IMG/VR virus record: IMGVR_UViG_3300020172_003216
Coordinates: 1 to 53,583 of that record
Source of the DNA: a virus
Taxonomy: Duplodnaviria; Caudoviricetes
Strand: one strand, 5' to 3'
DNA length: 53,583 bases
Part shown: positions 37,847 to 46,705 of the stretch, one piece after another
Layout of the letters: every line of letters begins with the position of its first letter
Position numbering within the stretch: position 1 is the stretch's first letter
Program-made: the position numbers and the translations under genes
Notes under the pieces: model-generated
Seen by the model: the letters and a program-made list of their open reading frames with translations, nothing else
The model's database searches: none
Told to the model about the DNA's origin: nothing

Positions 37847-38160
37847 TGGATATAATTTTTTCAAGACAAACAGCCGAAGAACTGTCAGAAAGATATGTAG
37901 TTCTTGAATTAGAACCACATGTAGTACAAGATAATATATTAGAAACTTTTTGTGTAGTACCTACTGAAAAAATTCCTTTAACAGAAATAACAATGCTTGA
38001 TCATTGGAAAAAACTACACAAAGAGTTTGTTCAAGCCAATAAGGATAAAAACGGAAAACTTTGTTGTGATTTAGCAGAATATTTAAAAGGCAAGTTTGGT
38101 GGTGATCTAGATGAATTTTATGATATAGTTTGTTCAAGATTTGATCTAGTACAAGAATAA
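37846..38160 (+). CDS. Hypothetical protein
   Basis: TAATG-coupled start MDIIF at 37846. Confidence 0.65.
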   Translation: MDIIFSRQTAEELSERYVVLELEPHVVQDNILETFCVVPTEKIPLTEITMLDHWKKLHKEFVQANKDKNGKLCCDLAEYLKGKFGGDLDEFYDIVCSRFDLVQE

Positions 38161-38178
38161 CTACACTTAATTTTTTTC

Positions 38179-38212
38179 AAAAGCTCCTTAAATAAAATAA
38201 AGGAGCTTTTTT
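38179..38212 (+). terminator. Terminator-like hairpin with a late box at the stem/loop
   Basis: AAAAGCTCCTT..AAGGAGCTTTTTT; TTAAATA at 38188-94. Confidence 0.65.
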
Positions 38213-38275
38213 CTTCTATACAAATTTTCAATCACAGCTCCTCAATAAAAAGAGGCTGAAAGCCCAGGAGCAAAA

Positions 38276-38740
38276 ATGAAAAAAGTATTACTAGCAGTTG
38301 CGATGTTAACATCGACCGCTGCTTATGCAGTTGACCCTATTATCACAGATTCTACTTCACGAAGTGTTACAGAATCAACATCTACAACCACAGTTAAATC
38401 TCCACCACCTACAGCAGTAGCACCTGCTATTACCACACTCAACAATGATCTTTGTGCAGTTGCAGCCAGCGGTGCTGTACAAACACAAATTTTTGGTATC
38501 TCTGTTGGTAAAACATTTGTAGATAAAAACTGTGAACGTCTAAAATTATCCAAAACACTATTTGACATGGGCATGAAAGTAGCAGCCGTGGCAGTAATGT
38601 GTCAAGACGAACGTGTGTTTACTGCCATGATGAATGCCGGAACACCTTGTCCTGTAGATGGTAAAATTGGTGAAGCTGCTAGAGAAATATGGGATGCTGA
38701 TCCAAAGCGTCAACCACAAAACGTTAAGAGCAAAGATTAA
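38276..38740 (+). CDS. Secreted hypothetical protein (signal peptide, 4 Cys)
   Basis: MKKVLLAVAMLTSTAAYA signal; DLC, NCERLK, MCQD, GTPCP. Confidence 0.75.
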   Translation: MKKVLLAVAMLTSTAAYAVDPIITDSTSRSVTESTSTTTVKSPPPTAVAPAITTLNNDLCAVAASGAVQTQIFGISVGKTFVDKNCERLKLSKTLFDMGMKVAAVAVMCQDERVFTAMMNAGTPCPVDGKIGEAAREIWDADPKRQPQNVKSKD

Positions 38741-40890
38741 TGAAACAATTCCTAGCAATTGTATTGTTAGGGTTATCTAGTTTTGTAAGTGCTCAAACCG
38801 TAGAAACAACACCTAACCAAATTACTTCAGGTAGTTCTCATACCTGGACAGGTGTAACCACGGGCCCACTACCGCCCGGTTATATGCCAGGCGGTCCGCA
38901 ACCATTATACGATCCAGCCTCTAATACTATCAGTTTCAGCTACGGTCAAGGAACAGTAGCGCAAACTTTTGCTATTAACCAGGCATTACAAAATGCCGGC
39001 GCAGGTATCACTGTACAAGGATACAGTTATTCCTGGGACATTCGCAACATGAACGGCGATAACAGACAACCAGCAACTGATACATTAACTGCCACTGTCA
39101 GTACCTTTGCTGCAAATAACACTACCATTCGAAGAACTGATACATGGACTTACGGCACTAAAATTGACTGGACTACATTTAGTGGTATTATAAATTACAA
39201 CAATCCTGGGTCAGTAAGCAATTTTGGTAATATTAGAGTACAGTTCAGCGGTAATGACGTAGGATTCTGGGCCGGATACTTTGGACCAGAAGTTCGTAAT
39301 GTCAGCATAGGATTAAGATATACAGTAGATCCTTGCTTTAGTAATCCGGCATATTCGCCAACATGTGCAAATTACAATACTGTATCAATCAGTGAAAATT
39401 TATTATCCGGTATTACTGGTACTCAAGCTTACGCCATTAATCAAGCATTATCGAATGCTGGTGCTGGTGCAATGATACATGGATTTAATTATGGATATGA
39501 CTATAGTGTAGCTGGAAGACAATGTTCATTCCTTGTGTTTGATTTGTGTTTAGGTGGTTATAATTATTCTGACGCTGGAGTTGCAACTGTTATAACAGAT
39601 AGTAATAGTGCTACCATCTATAGTGAGTCTAATACTCACAATGGTGGGGACCACGGAACGTCTGGTACCTATTCAAAACAGTTCAGACTTGGTTCCTCTC
39701 TGCCAATAACAACTTTGGGAGGATTTGCCATGTCCCCGTGGACTAGCGGAAATGCCACTATAACAAATATGTATAGTCAGGCAGTGTATACTGCCGATCC
39801 TTGTGTTGCTAATCCTTTGTCTAGCAATACTTGTACAGGTTATGCCGCAGCGTATTATACTCAACAATGTAGTATAAGTGCATTATATGATTCTGGTTGC
39901 CCAGGGTACGCACAGGCAATGTTCGCACAACAATGTAATATTAATCAACTGTCAGATCCTGCCTGTCCTGGATATGCAGTTGCATATTTAAATTATCAAT
40001 GCTCTTTGAATCCTTTATACAGTACTACATGTACCGGATACTCTGCTGCGTTAACTCAATGTAATATAAATCCATTAGACAACTCAATGTGCCCAACGTA
40101 TCAAACTGCAACCACACAATGTAGTGTAAATCCTTTATATGCAGCCTATTGTCCAGGATATGCTTTTGCTTATTCTTGTAGCCAAGACGGACTGTATAGC
40201 AATCAATGTCCTAACTATTCAGAAGCTTACGCTAAAAAGAATATTTTAAATATTGGATCAACAACCACAACAACGACTAATACAACTTCGTCTACAATTG
40301 TATTGGCTCAGGCATCAGATCCTGTTGCACAAGCAGCACCTGTGGTTGCAGATCCGGTAGTTAATAGTGTTGTTACTACAAGAAGCACAGCCGCCACCGG
40401 TGAAACAAATCCTGCTGCGGCAGTTAAATTAACTGCACCATCAACTACAACAACTGCTACCGCTGTACAAGAAACCGCGGCTACTAAAGAAAATAAAAAA
40501 GCCGAAACTACTGCTGCTGCGCCTGCTCCCAAGGATGGAGTTAGACCTGACAGGCCTACCACCGCTAGAGAAGCTGTTGCAGAACAAAGACGTGAAGCAG
40601 CAAAGAAAGAAGCAGTTCAGAAAGGTAAAGATTTAGCTAACGAAATGGGCAAGGCAGCAGATATGCAGGCACAAATGGAAGTGCAAAATGTGGTAATCCA
40701 GGCAATGGGATATACCCCGGGGTTTGATAATTACGGAAGATTTATACTACCAGACGGGCAAGCATATCGACCATATACCATTTACAACAATCAGCGTACT
40801 GTGGATACACCAGCCGGTAGAGGACTGTTTGGTGGTAGCGACAGTGTTCATCAACAAATGATTGATTCACAATATAACTTAGGAAAATAA
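38740..40890 (+). CDS. Large secreted protein with eight C-x9-C-x2-Y repeats
   Basis: Signal peptide; duplicated AINQAL.NAGAG domain; Cys repeats; Thr/Ala-rich linker. Confidence 0.75.
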   Translation: MKQFLAIVLLGLSSFVSAQTVETTPNQITSGSSHTWTGVTTGPLPPGYMPGGPQPLYDPASNTISFSYGQGTVAQTFAINQALQNAGAGITVQGYSYSWDIRNMNGDNRQPATDTLTATVSTFAANNTTIRRTDTWTYGTKIDWTTFSGIINYNNPGSVSNFGNIRVQFSGNDVGFWAGYFGPEVRNVSIGLRYTVDPCFSNPAYSPTCANYNTVSISENLLSGITGTQAYAINQALSNAGAGAMIHGFNYGYDYSVAGRQCSFLVFDLCLGGYNYSDAGVATVITDSNSATIYSESNTHNGGDHGTSGTYSKQFRLGSSLPITTLGGFAMSPWTSGNATITNMYSQAVYTADPCVANPLSSNTCTGYAAAYYTQQCSISALYDSGCPGYAQAMFAQQCNINQLSDPACPGYAVAYLNYQCSLNPLYSTTCTGYSAALTQCNINPLDNSMCPTYQTATTQCSVNPLYAAYCPGYAFAYSCSQDGLYSNQCPNYSEAYAKKNILNIGSTTTTTTNTTSSTIVLAQASDPVAQAAPVVADPVVNSVVTTRSTAATGETNPAAAVKLTAPSTTTTATAVQETAATKENKKAETTAAAPAPKDGVRPDRPTTAREAVAEQRREAAKKEAVQKGKDLANEMGKAADMQAQMEVQNVVIQAMGYTPGFDNYGRFILPDGQAYRPYTIYNNQRTVDTPAGRGLFGGSDSVHQQMIDSQYNLGK

Positions 40891-40891
40891 A

Positions 40892-41524
40892 ATGTCAGAC
40901 AAAAATAACAACATCGACGAAAAAGTCGAAGAACTAGAAGCTGCTAAGGAAAAATACCTTAGCGAAAACACTGTTATCAGCATTGGTGGGTATGCATTTA
41001 CTCCAGCCAAGTTAATGATAGCAGCCACTATTGTCAGTACTGTGCTAGGCGGACTGTACGGAGCATTTGAAGTGTACAAAGACTACATGGATATGAAGAC
41101 AAAGATCGCAGAATATGTTACTCCTGACTTGGGAGAAATATACAAAAAGCTAGAGGTGCTTGAAGCCAGTACCAACAAAACTGTTGAGTACAGTCAAGAT
41201 ATCAAAAACGATCTCAAAAGCGATATCCGCAGATTAGAAAATGTAGTCGAAAGTGTAGAGCGCGATAGCAAAGTAGCACAACGTGATACTGATAAAAGCG
41301 TACAGGATGCCCGTAAAGATGTTCGTGATACCAAAGCAGAAGTAGACAAAATTACTCGTCAACTTGAAAAAGATACTGCTACACAAAACAAAGAGCTACA
41401 GCGTCAAGTTGATAGTGCAGTACGCCAACTACAAAAAGAAAACGAGCAGGAAATTAAACAACTGCGTCGTGAGCTAGACGATAAAATTAAAAAAGCATTA
41501 GATAATCCACTAGCAAACAAATGA
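40892..41524 (+). CDS. Membrane-anchored coiled-coil protein
   Basis: Single TM (LMIAATIVSTVLGGLYGAF), long heptad region, C-terminal ALDNPLANK. Confidence 0.75.
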   Translation: MSDKNNNIDEKVEELEAAKEKYLSENTVISIGGYAFTPAKLMIAATIVSTVLGGLYGAFEVYKDYMDMKTKIAEYVTPDLGEIYKKLEVLEASTNKTVEYSQDIKNDLKSDIRRLENVVESVERDSKVAQRDTDKSVQDARKDVRDTKAEVDKITRQLEKDTATQNKELQRQVDSAVRQLQKENEQEIKQLRRELDDKIKKALDNPLANK

Positions 41525-41534
41525 TATATACTGT

Positions 41535-41876
41535 ATGAAGACGATATTAGCTGCCATCTTACTGGCCACAATAGCCTCGGCAGCTAACGCCGAACCTAGA
41601 TCCAGAAAACTGCAGAGTATGTGCGGTAGTTTTGAGGACGTAGAAGCAACCATGGAAAAATACGGCGAAAAGTTAATCATGGCTACTCAATCACCAAATG
41701 AGCAGACTGTGAACTTGGTTTATGTTAATTTTGAAACAGAAACCACAAGTTGGTTTATACATGATTTGCAAACCAACGAATATTGTATGGTAGGAGTAGG
41801 CAAAAAGATCTATATACCAGATGAAAGTCCATTGAAACAAGGTACAGCATTTGGAATTAAAACAATTTTTAAGTAA
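41535..41876 (+). CDS. Secreted hypothetical protein
   Basis: Signal peptide MKTILAAILLATIASAANA; two Cys. Confidence 0.7.
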   Translation: MKTILAAILLATIASAANAEPRSRKLQSMCGSFEDVEATMEKYGEKLIMATQSPNEQTVNLVYVNFETETTSWFIHDLQTNEYCMVGVGKKIYIPDESPLKQGTAFGIKTIFK

Positions 41877-42616
41877 TGTGGCTTAACTTAACTGTTTTTC
41901 TAATATTGCTAACAATAAGTAATCTGGCAGTAACAGTTTACTTGCACAGAGTTCTGACACATAGAAGTATTAGATTACATCGATCATTAGAACATTTTTT
42001 TAGATTAGCACTCTGGATGCTTACCCCATTTCCTCCCAAGATTTGGGTAGCAGTCCATAGATATCATCATAAAACAGCAGATAGCAAACGAGATCCTCAT
42101 AGCCCTATACATACAGGGTTCTGGCCAATTATGATCAAAAGTGCGATCTTTAATATAAAACAAAATTTAGGTACAGCACTGCCTCAGATTGTCCAACTTT
42201 ATTCTAAAGATCTCAAAGATTCTAAATTAGAAACTTTCTATTTAAATCATCCATACTTAGGAAAATTTATTTTGTTAGTTCCTGTTGTATCATTGTGTGG
42301 CGTTGGTTGGGGGATTGTTATTTGGTTAGGTGCAATATCATGGATGCATTTAATGGAAGAGAGAATTCATGTTGTGTTAGGTCATTATTTTGGATATAGA
42401 AATTTTAATACAAACGACAATTCTAAAAATATTATACCATGGGCGTTTTTTTTATTTGGTGAGGAATTGCATAATAATCATCATGCCAAACAAAACGATT
42501 GGTCTTTTAGATCAAAATGGTATGAAATTGATCCAGCAGCAATTTTTATACAACTTTGTATATGGTTAAAATTAGCGTATCCACTGAATAAAAACAAAAC
42601 TAGTGAACCTCTTTAA
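41876..42616 (+). CDS. Second fatty acid desaturase (divergent)
   Basis: His boxes HRVLTH, HRYHH and HNNHH; DPHSP; GEELH; WYEID. Confidence 0.88.
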   Translation: MWLNLTVFLILLTISNLAVTVYLHRVLTHRSIRLHRSLEHFFRLALWMLTPFPPKIWVAVHRYHHKTADSKRDPHSPIHTGFWPIMIKSAIFNIKQNLGTALPQIVQLYSKDLKDSKLETFYLNHPYLGKFILLVPVVSLCGVGWGIVIWLGAISWMHLMEERIHVVLGHYFGYRNFNTNDNSKNIIPWAFFLFGEELHNNHHAKQNDWSFRSKWYEIDPAAIFIQLCIWLKLAYPLNKNKTSEPL

Positions 42617-42629
42617 AAGAGGTTTTTTT
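42606..42629 (+). terminator. Rho-independent terminator
   Basis: AACCTCTT-TAA-AAGAGGTT followed by a T run. Confidence 0.7.
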
Positions 42630-42646
42630 ATGAAGGGAAATATATT

Positions 42647-42724
42647 ATGTTATATTGGTACGCACATCGACCTCCTAAAAATCCGCCTCAACCTATACCA
42701 GTAACACCGCCGCATAGAATGTGA
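42647..42724 (+). CDS. Candidate 25-aa proline-rich peptide (not in ORF track)
   Basis: MLYWYAHRPPKNPPQPIPVTPPHRM; AAGGGA RBS-like sequence upstream. Confidence 0.4.
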   Translation: MLYWYAHRPPKNPPQPIPVTPPHRM

Positions 42725-42874
42725 TATTCTGCCCTATAGAACTTTTTTACTTTAATTAAAATAAGTAATAATAAGTTCAATTATTATTGGTCCATCAAAA
42801 AACAACTACAAAGGATCAACAATGTTTAGCCCGATATATAGGGTTATAATACTATCACGTAAGGAGCGGGGGAT

Positions 42875-43657
42875 ATGGATCCGTTAACCCTCTTTGCCCT
42901 TGCCAATGGTGCTGTACAGGCCGTTAAAAAAGGTTGTGAACTATACAAAGAAATCAAAGGTGCAGCCGGAGATGTCAAAGAGGTTCTCAAAGACCTCGAC
43001 GACCAATTTGCCAATAAATTCCGAGATCGTGCTCCTACTGTAGCTGAACGCAATCAGTTCGTTACAGAAAAAAATCGTATAATAGAGCTCAATAAGAAGG
43101 GCGGCGAAACAACTAATATCTATACAGAAATTGGCCAACAGCTAGGTGCCTACTTTGACAACTATTACAAATGTATAGCTGTGTTTGAGGAAGAAGAACG
43201 CCGTAGTCGAACGGAAGTATATCACGGTGAAGATAGTCTAGGTAAACGAGCACTACAGCGTGTATTACTCAAGAAACAACTGGAACACATGAGCGCAGAA
43301 TTGCGTGAAATCATGGTCTATCAAAGTCCACCAGAGTTAGGTCCGTTGTATCTCGATGTCGAAGCAATGATGGCGAAAGTGGGTAAAGAACAAAGCATTG
43401 TTATTGCTGCAGAAATGCGACGAAATGCAGAACGTAGAAAAATACAAGCACGTCGCAGAAAACGCATTCGATATAAAATAATGTGCTGGAGCATGAGCAG
43501 TCTTGCTGTATTATATCTATTTTGGATGTGTTGGGCTATAGTGCAAATACGCATAGAACAGCAACCTGATTTGGGTGTTTGTTTTATACCCAAAGGGCAA
43601 TGGCCTTACGAGCATTACAATAACTTAAAATGGATAGATTGTGAACCAAGGCGATGA
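42875..43657 (+). CDS. Hypothetical helical protein with C-terminal TM segment
   Basis: GGGGGA RBS; starts MDPLTLFA; basic stretch then TM; ATAAGTA box at 42761-67. Confidence 0.72.
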   Translation: MDPLTLFALANGAVQAVKKGCELYKEIKGAAGDVKEVLKDLDDQFANKFRDRAPTVAERNQFVTEKNRIIELNKKGGETTNIYTEIGQQLGAYFDNYYKCIAVFEEEERRSRTEVYHGEDSLGKRALQRVLLKKQLEHMSAELREIMVYQSPPELGPLYLDVEAMMAKVGKEQSIVIAAEMRRNAERRKIQARRRKRIRYKIMCWSMSSLAVLYLFWMCWAIVQIRIEQQPDLGVCFIPKGQWPYEHYNNLKWIDCEPRR

Positions 43658-43806
43658 TCGAATACACATTCAAAGTAAATGTCAATTTGGTTTTACGCAT
43701 GTTCAGAGATCACAATTACAGTATAGATGATATCTGTTTGCGATTGAGATATACTACAGAGGCAGTTGAGTACGTGCTAAAAAAACATGGATTAATTCTT
43801 AATTAA
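43654..43806 (+). CDS. 50-aa protein, possible helix-turn-helix (not in ORF track)
   Basis: MIEYTF..YSIDDICLRLRYTTEAVEYVLKKHG; ATGA overlap. Confidence 0.5.
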   Translation: MIEYTFKVNVNLVLRMFRDHNYSIDDICLRLRYTTEAVEYVLKKHGLILN

Positions 43807-43815
43807 TATTACAAC

Positions 43816-43844
43816 TAGACAAGTTCAAAGTTTTGTAATATAAT
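43816..43844 (+). promoter_or_regulatory. sigma70-like promoter
   Basis: TAGACA-17-TATAAT. Confidence 0.6.
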
Positions 43845-43863
43845 AAAAAATTATCAATTACAA

Positions 43864-44703
43864 ATGATTTTATCAAAAAAGATTATAGCCAATTATCAAC
43901 CAATGCTGAATGATCATGCTAGAAACGCATGGTTCAAAAAACATATTCAAAATTTGGCGTTAAATAAAACCTTTGTTGATGTTGGTGCCGGCACTGGAAT
44001 TTTATCTGCTTATGCATTGGAAGCTGGGGCAAAGCATGTGCATGCCATTGAAATAAACAAAGAAGCTTCAACGGTGGGCAAACACATATTGTCCAATATA
44101 GGTTATAGCGATAGATTGACTTGGACAAACAATGATTTTAAACAGGTTGATATAAAAACAGCTGATATAGTTATTGCAGAACAAGTAGGTCCTGCATTGT
44201 TTGACGAACTGCAATTAGATATTTGGAAACATTACAATAAAGTTTTGAGTCAAGATTATATTTCTATTCCCGATGAACTGTGTGTAGACCTGTATATATA
44301 CGCAGGAGACCGAACAATGTTTGTTGATCAATGTATACAAGACGACGAGACTTTACCACACGGATTTTATGCAATGTTAGAAAAACTAAGCATACGTCCA
44401 GATAAGATAATCAAGAATTTTATTTCTATAACAAACAAGTCGATGAATTTAGAAAAAATTGAACAAACGATCATGTTAGATTCTTTTGATCAAGCAACCT
44501 TAGTGTTTGTAAACAAAATAGGATACCAGAAAGATTATCTTTATTTAACTCGCTCGTCAACGCAACCCTGGAGATTTCCTCCTAGACTGTTGATAACAGA
44601 TTGTTCTCAACCACTACGCATATATTGGAATCCTGCACTTTCCAATATAGAGAATCCCTGCGATACCTTGTATAAGGGATATTGGAATAGCGAGCCAGTT
44701 TAA
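43864..44703 (+). CDS. Class I SAM-dependent methyltransferase, PRMT-like
   Basis: MLNDHARN, VDVGAGTGILS, VHAIE, DIVIAEQVGPALFDE, IP. Confidence 0.78.
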   Translation: MILSKKIIANYQPMLNDHARNAWFKKHIQNLALNKTFVDVGAGTGILSAYALEAGAKHVHAIEINKEASTVGKHILSNIGYSDRLTWTNNDFKQVDIKTADIVIAEQVGPALFDELQLDIWKHYNKVLSQDYISIPDELCVDLYIYAGDRTMFVDQCIQDDETLPHGFYAMLEKLSIRPDKIIKNFISITNKSMNLEKIEQTIMLDSFDQATLVFVNKIGYQKDYLYLTRSSTQPWRFPPRLLITDCSQPLRIYWNPALSNIENPCDTLYKGYWNSEPV

Positions 44704-44723
44704 ACAATAATAAGTATACTACT

Positions 44724-45458
44724 ATGAAATTTTTATTATTCTTATTATTATTTCCCACGTTAGTTCAGTCGGTTAATATTGATGCAAAAGCATGGGCCAT
44801 TGCCGATGGTGCCGGAAATGTGATTGAAGAACTCAATATTGAAACTGTACAGCCAATTGCCAGCATCACCAAGTTAATGACTGTGATGGTAGTTCTTGAC
44901 AGCAACGAAAGTTTAACTGAATTTACAAAACTAAACAAATTTCGCGGTATGAGTATTACCAGACAGCAATTGATTGATCTTGCAATGGTACGTAGCGACA
45001 ACGATGCTGCCACTATGCTTTGTAAAATTTACAGACGTGGATACAACGGTTGCATTGAAGACATGAATCATAAAGCAAAGGTGCTTGGTATGAACAATAC
45101 CGCATTTTATGACAGTACTGGTTTAGACAATCGTAATGTCAGTAATGCATCGGACTTATTAAGATTGCTGTTAGCGGCTGAAAAATACACAACTATAGTA
45201 AACGCAAGCAACCACAGCATCATCGAGTTGGTTAAGAAAAAAAGAAAACTAAGATTTGCAAATACAAATCCTCTAGTATCCAAGTATAACGTAATTGTCA
45301 GTAAAACAGGTTATGTGAGATTAAGCGGAGGTTGTTTAGTAATGAGCGCCTTTATTAAAGGACAAAAAAGATTGTTTGTTGTTTTAAACAGTAAGACAAC
45401 ACGAACAAGAATACATGATATGGAAACTCTTATTTTAGATACCATTACTAAAACTTAG
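44724..45458 (+). CDS. Peptidase S11 D-alanyl-D-alanine carboxy/endopeptidase (PBP7-like)
   Basis: Signal peptide; SxxK (ASITK), SDN, KTG. Confidence 0.9.
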   Translation: MKFLLFLLLFPTLVQSVNIDAKAWAIADGAGNVIEELNIETVQPIASITKLMTVMVVLDSNESLTEFTKLNKFRGMSITRQQLIDLAMVRSDNDAATMLCKIYRRGYNGCIEDMNHKAKVLGMNNTAFYDSTGLDNRNVSNASDLLRLLLAAEKYTTIVNASNHSIIELVKKKRKLRFANTNPLVSKYNVIVSKTGYVRLSGGCLVMSAFIKGQKRLFVVLNSKTTRTRIHDMETLILDTITKT

Positions 45459-46703
45459 TTATTCCAATAGAAGCTTTTTGACATTGTCAAAATTAACTTG
45501 GTGTGCCGGAACCTGTCTCCAGTCTGACAGATGCAAATTATATTTTTTTAGACAGCCTTCAAAATTATCAACTAATTCATTGACAATAATTTCTTTAAAT
45601 TTACCATAAAAATGTTGATGATTAAATTCTAAGATATCTGTCATATCGTTGTACATACTAGATAATTCTTCCGATGACATTTTACAAAGATTTTGTAATT
45701 GTTCAACAATCAATGCAATTCTTCGATCATCGTCTTGTTCGTCATCATAACTCTCGTCAATGTATTTGTCAAAAGTTTTAAAACCGTATCTCTTAAGATA
45801 AGCAAGATTTCCTGGTGATGATACTAGTATAAACGGTCTACGAGTAGCAATAGGTTTAAATATTTTTTCTGTCAGGTGTAGTTTATCATCATAAAAATTT
45901 GTTTCTGTAACTACGTTCCAAAGAGCGTTATGATGAAAATCACTTATTTCGGCGCTGGCATTATTATAATTACTATTAGAATCTAAGATAACAGGTTGAG
46001 CCGTTGGCATCAAGTGATTTAAAATATGTTTTTTGGTTTTTACACTAAGTCTAGAATTTGGATCAGTAATTTCTTTTTTTATGACATCCTTAGTTAATAA
46101 CGGAGCTGACACATATCCAAATTGTTCTAATTTTTTCTCTCGTAAATTAGAGAGCAAGTTTAATCTATAACTACGATTATTATTAATCAAATGATTTAAG
46201 CAAATAAATACTTTATTGATAGCGCAGTGTTTGAAAGTCAAATATTTATAATTTCGAAACCAGTCTAATGCAGCAAATCCATGAAAGAAAAAATACCAAT
46301 CGTATAAAGGATATTCCTTTAAAAATTGTTTCTTCAACGGACTAATTTCAGAATTAGCAAAAATATGTATATTGCAATCATACATTCCACTTCTACATGA
46401 TGGCATATAAGGTGTATCAGGCGAAGTGTGGTATTCTGCAGCAATGTATATTAGCAATTCTGGTATATAGATATTATAATATTGTAATTTGTGCAAATCT
46501 ATGCTATTTAGGGGCTCTTCGTACCAAAGAATACATCTACCGGCTTGTCTTCCGGCTTCTCCGGTACAATAAGGGTGCCAAAAAAGATATCTAAAATCTT
46601 TTATATCAGTTGAATAACTAGGATCATATCCCCATGATTTTATTAATAACGGAGATAAAAGTTGTTCATGTATAATATTTTTAAATTTTTCAACGGAGAA
46701 CAT
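45459..46703 (-). CDS. Putative glycosyltransferase (GT10-like), paralog D
   Basis: VVTETN..LTEKIFKP..PF..GFKTFDKYIDESYD; the only convincing minus-strand gene. Confidence 0.55.
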   Translation of the reverse strand: MFSVEKFKNIIHEQLLSPLLIKSWGYDPSYSTDIKDFRYLFWHPYCTGEAGRQAGRCILWYEEPLNSIDLHKLQYYNIYIPELLIYIAAEYHTSPDTPYMPSCRSGMYDCNIHIFANSEISPLKKQFLKEYPLYDWYFFFHGFAALDWFRNYKYLTFKHCAINKVFICLNHLINNNRSYRLNLLSNLREKKLEQFGYVSAPLLTKDVIKKEITDPNSRLSVKTKKHILNHLMPTAQPVILDSNSNYNNASAEISDFHHNALWNVVTETNFYDDKLHLTEKIFKPIATRRPFILVSSPGNLAYLKRYGFKTFDKYIDESYDDEQDDDRRIALIVEQLQNLCKMSSEELSSMYNDMTDILEFNHQHFYGKFKEIIVNELVDNFEGCLKKYNLHLSDWRQVPAHQVNFDNVKKLLLE

Positions 46704-46705
46704 AA

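Noticed and set aside
39780-40230. Cys-rich repeats as RiPP precursors for the radical SAM enzymes
   Set aside because: The repeats are inside a 716-aa exported protein, paired Cys suggest disulfides, and no radical SAM gene is adjacent.
42630-42704. Alternate-frame micro-ORF MKGNILCYIG...
   Set aside because: Its ATG directly follows the terminator T-run with no RBS; the Pro-rich frame at 42647 has the better RBS.
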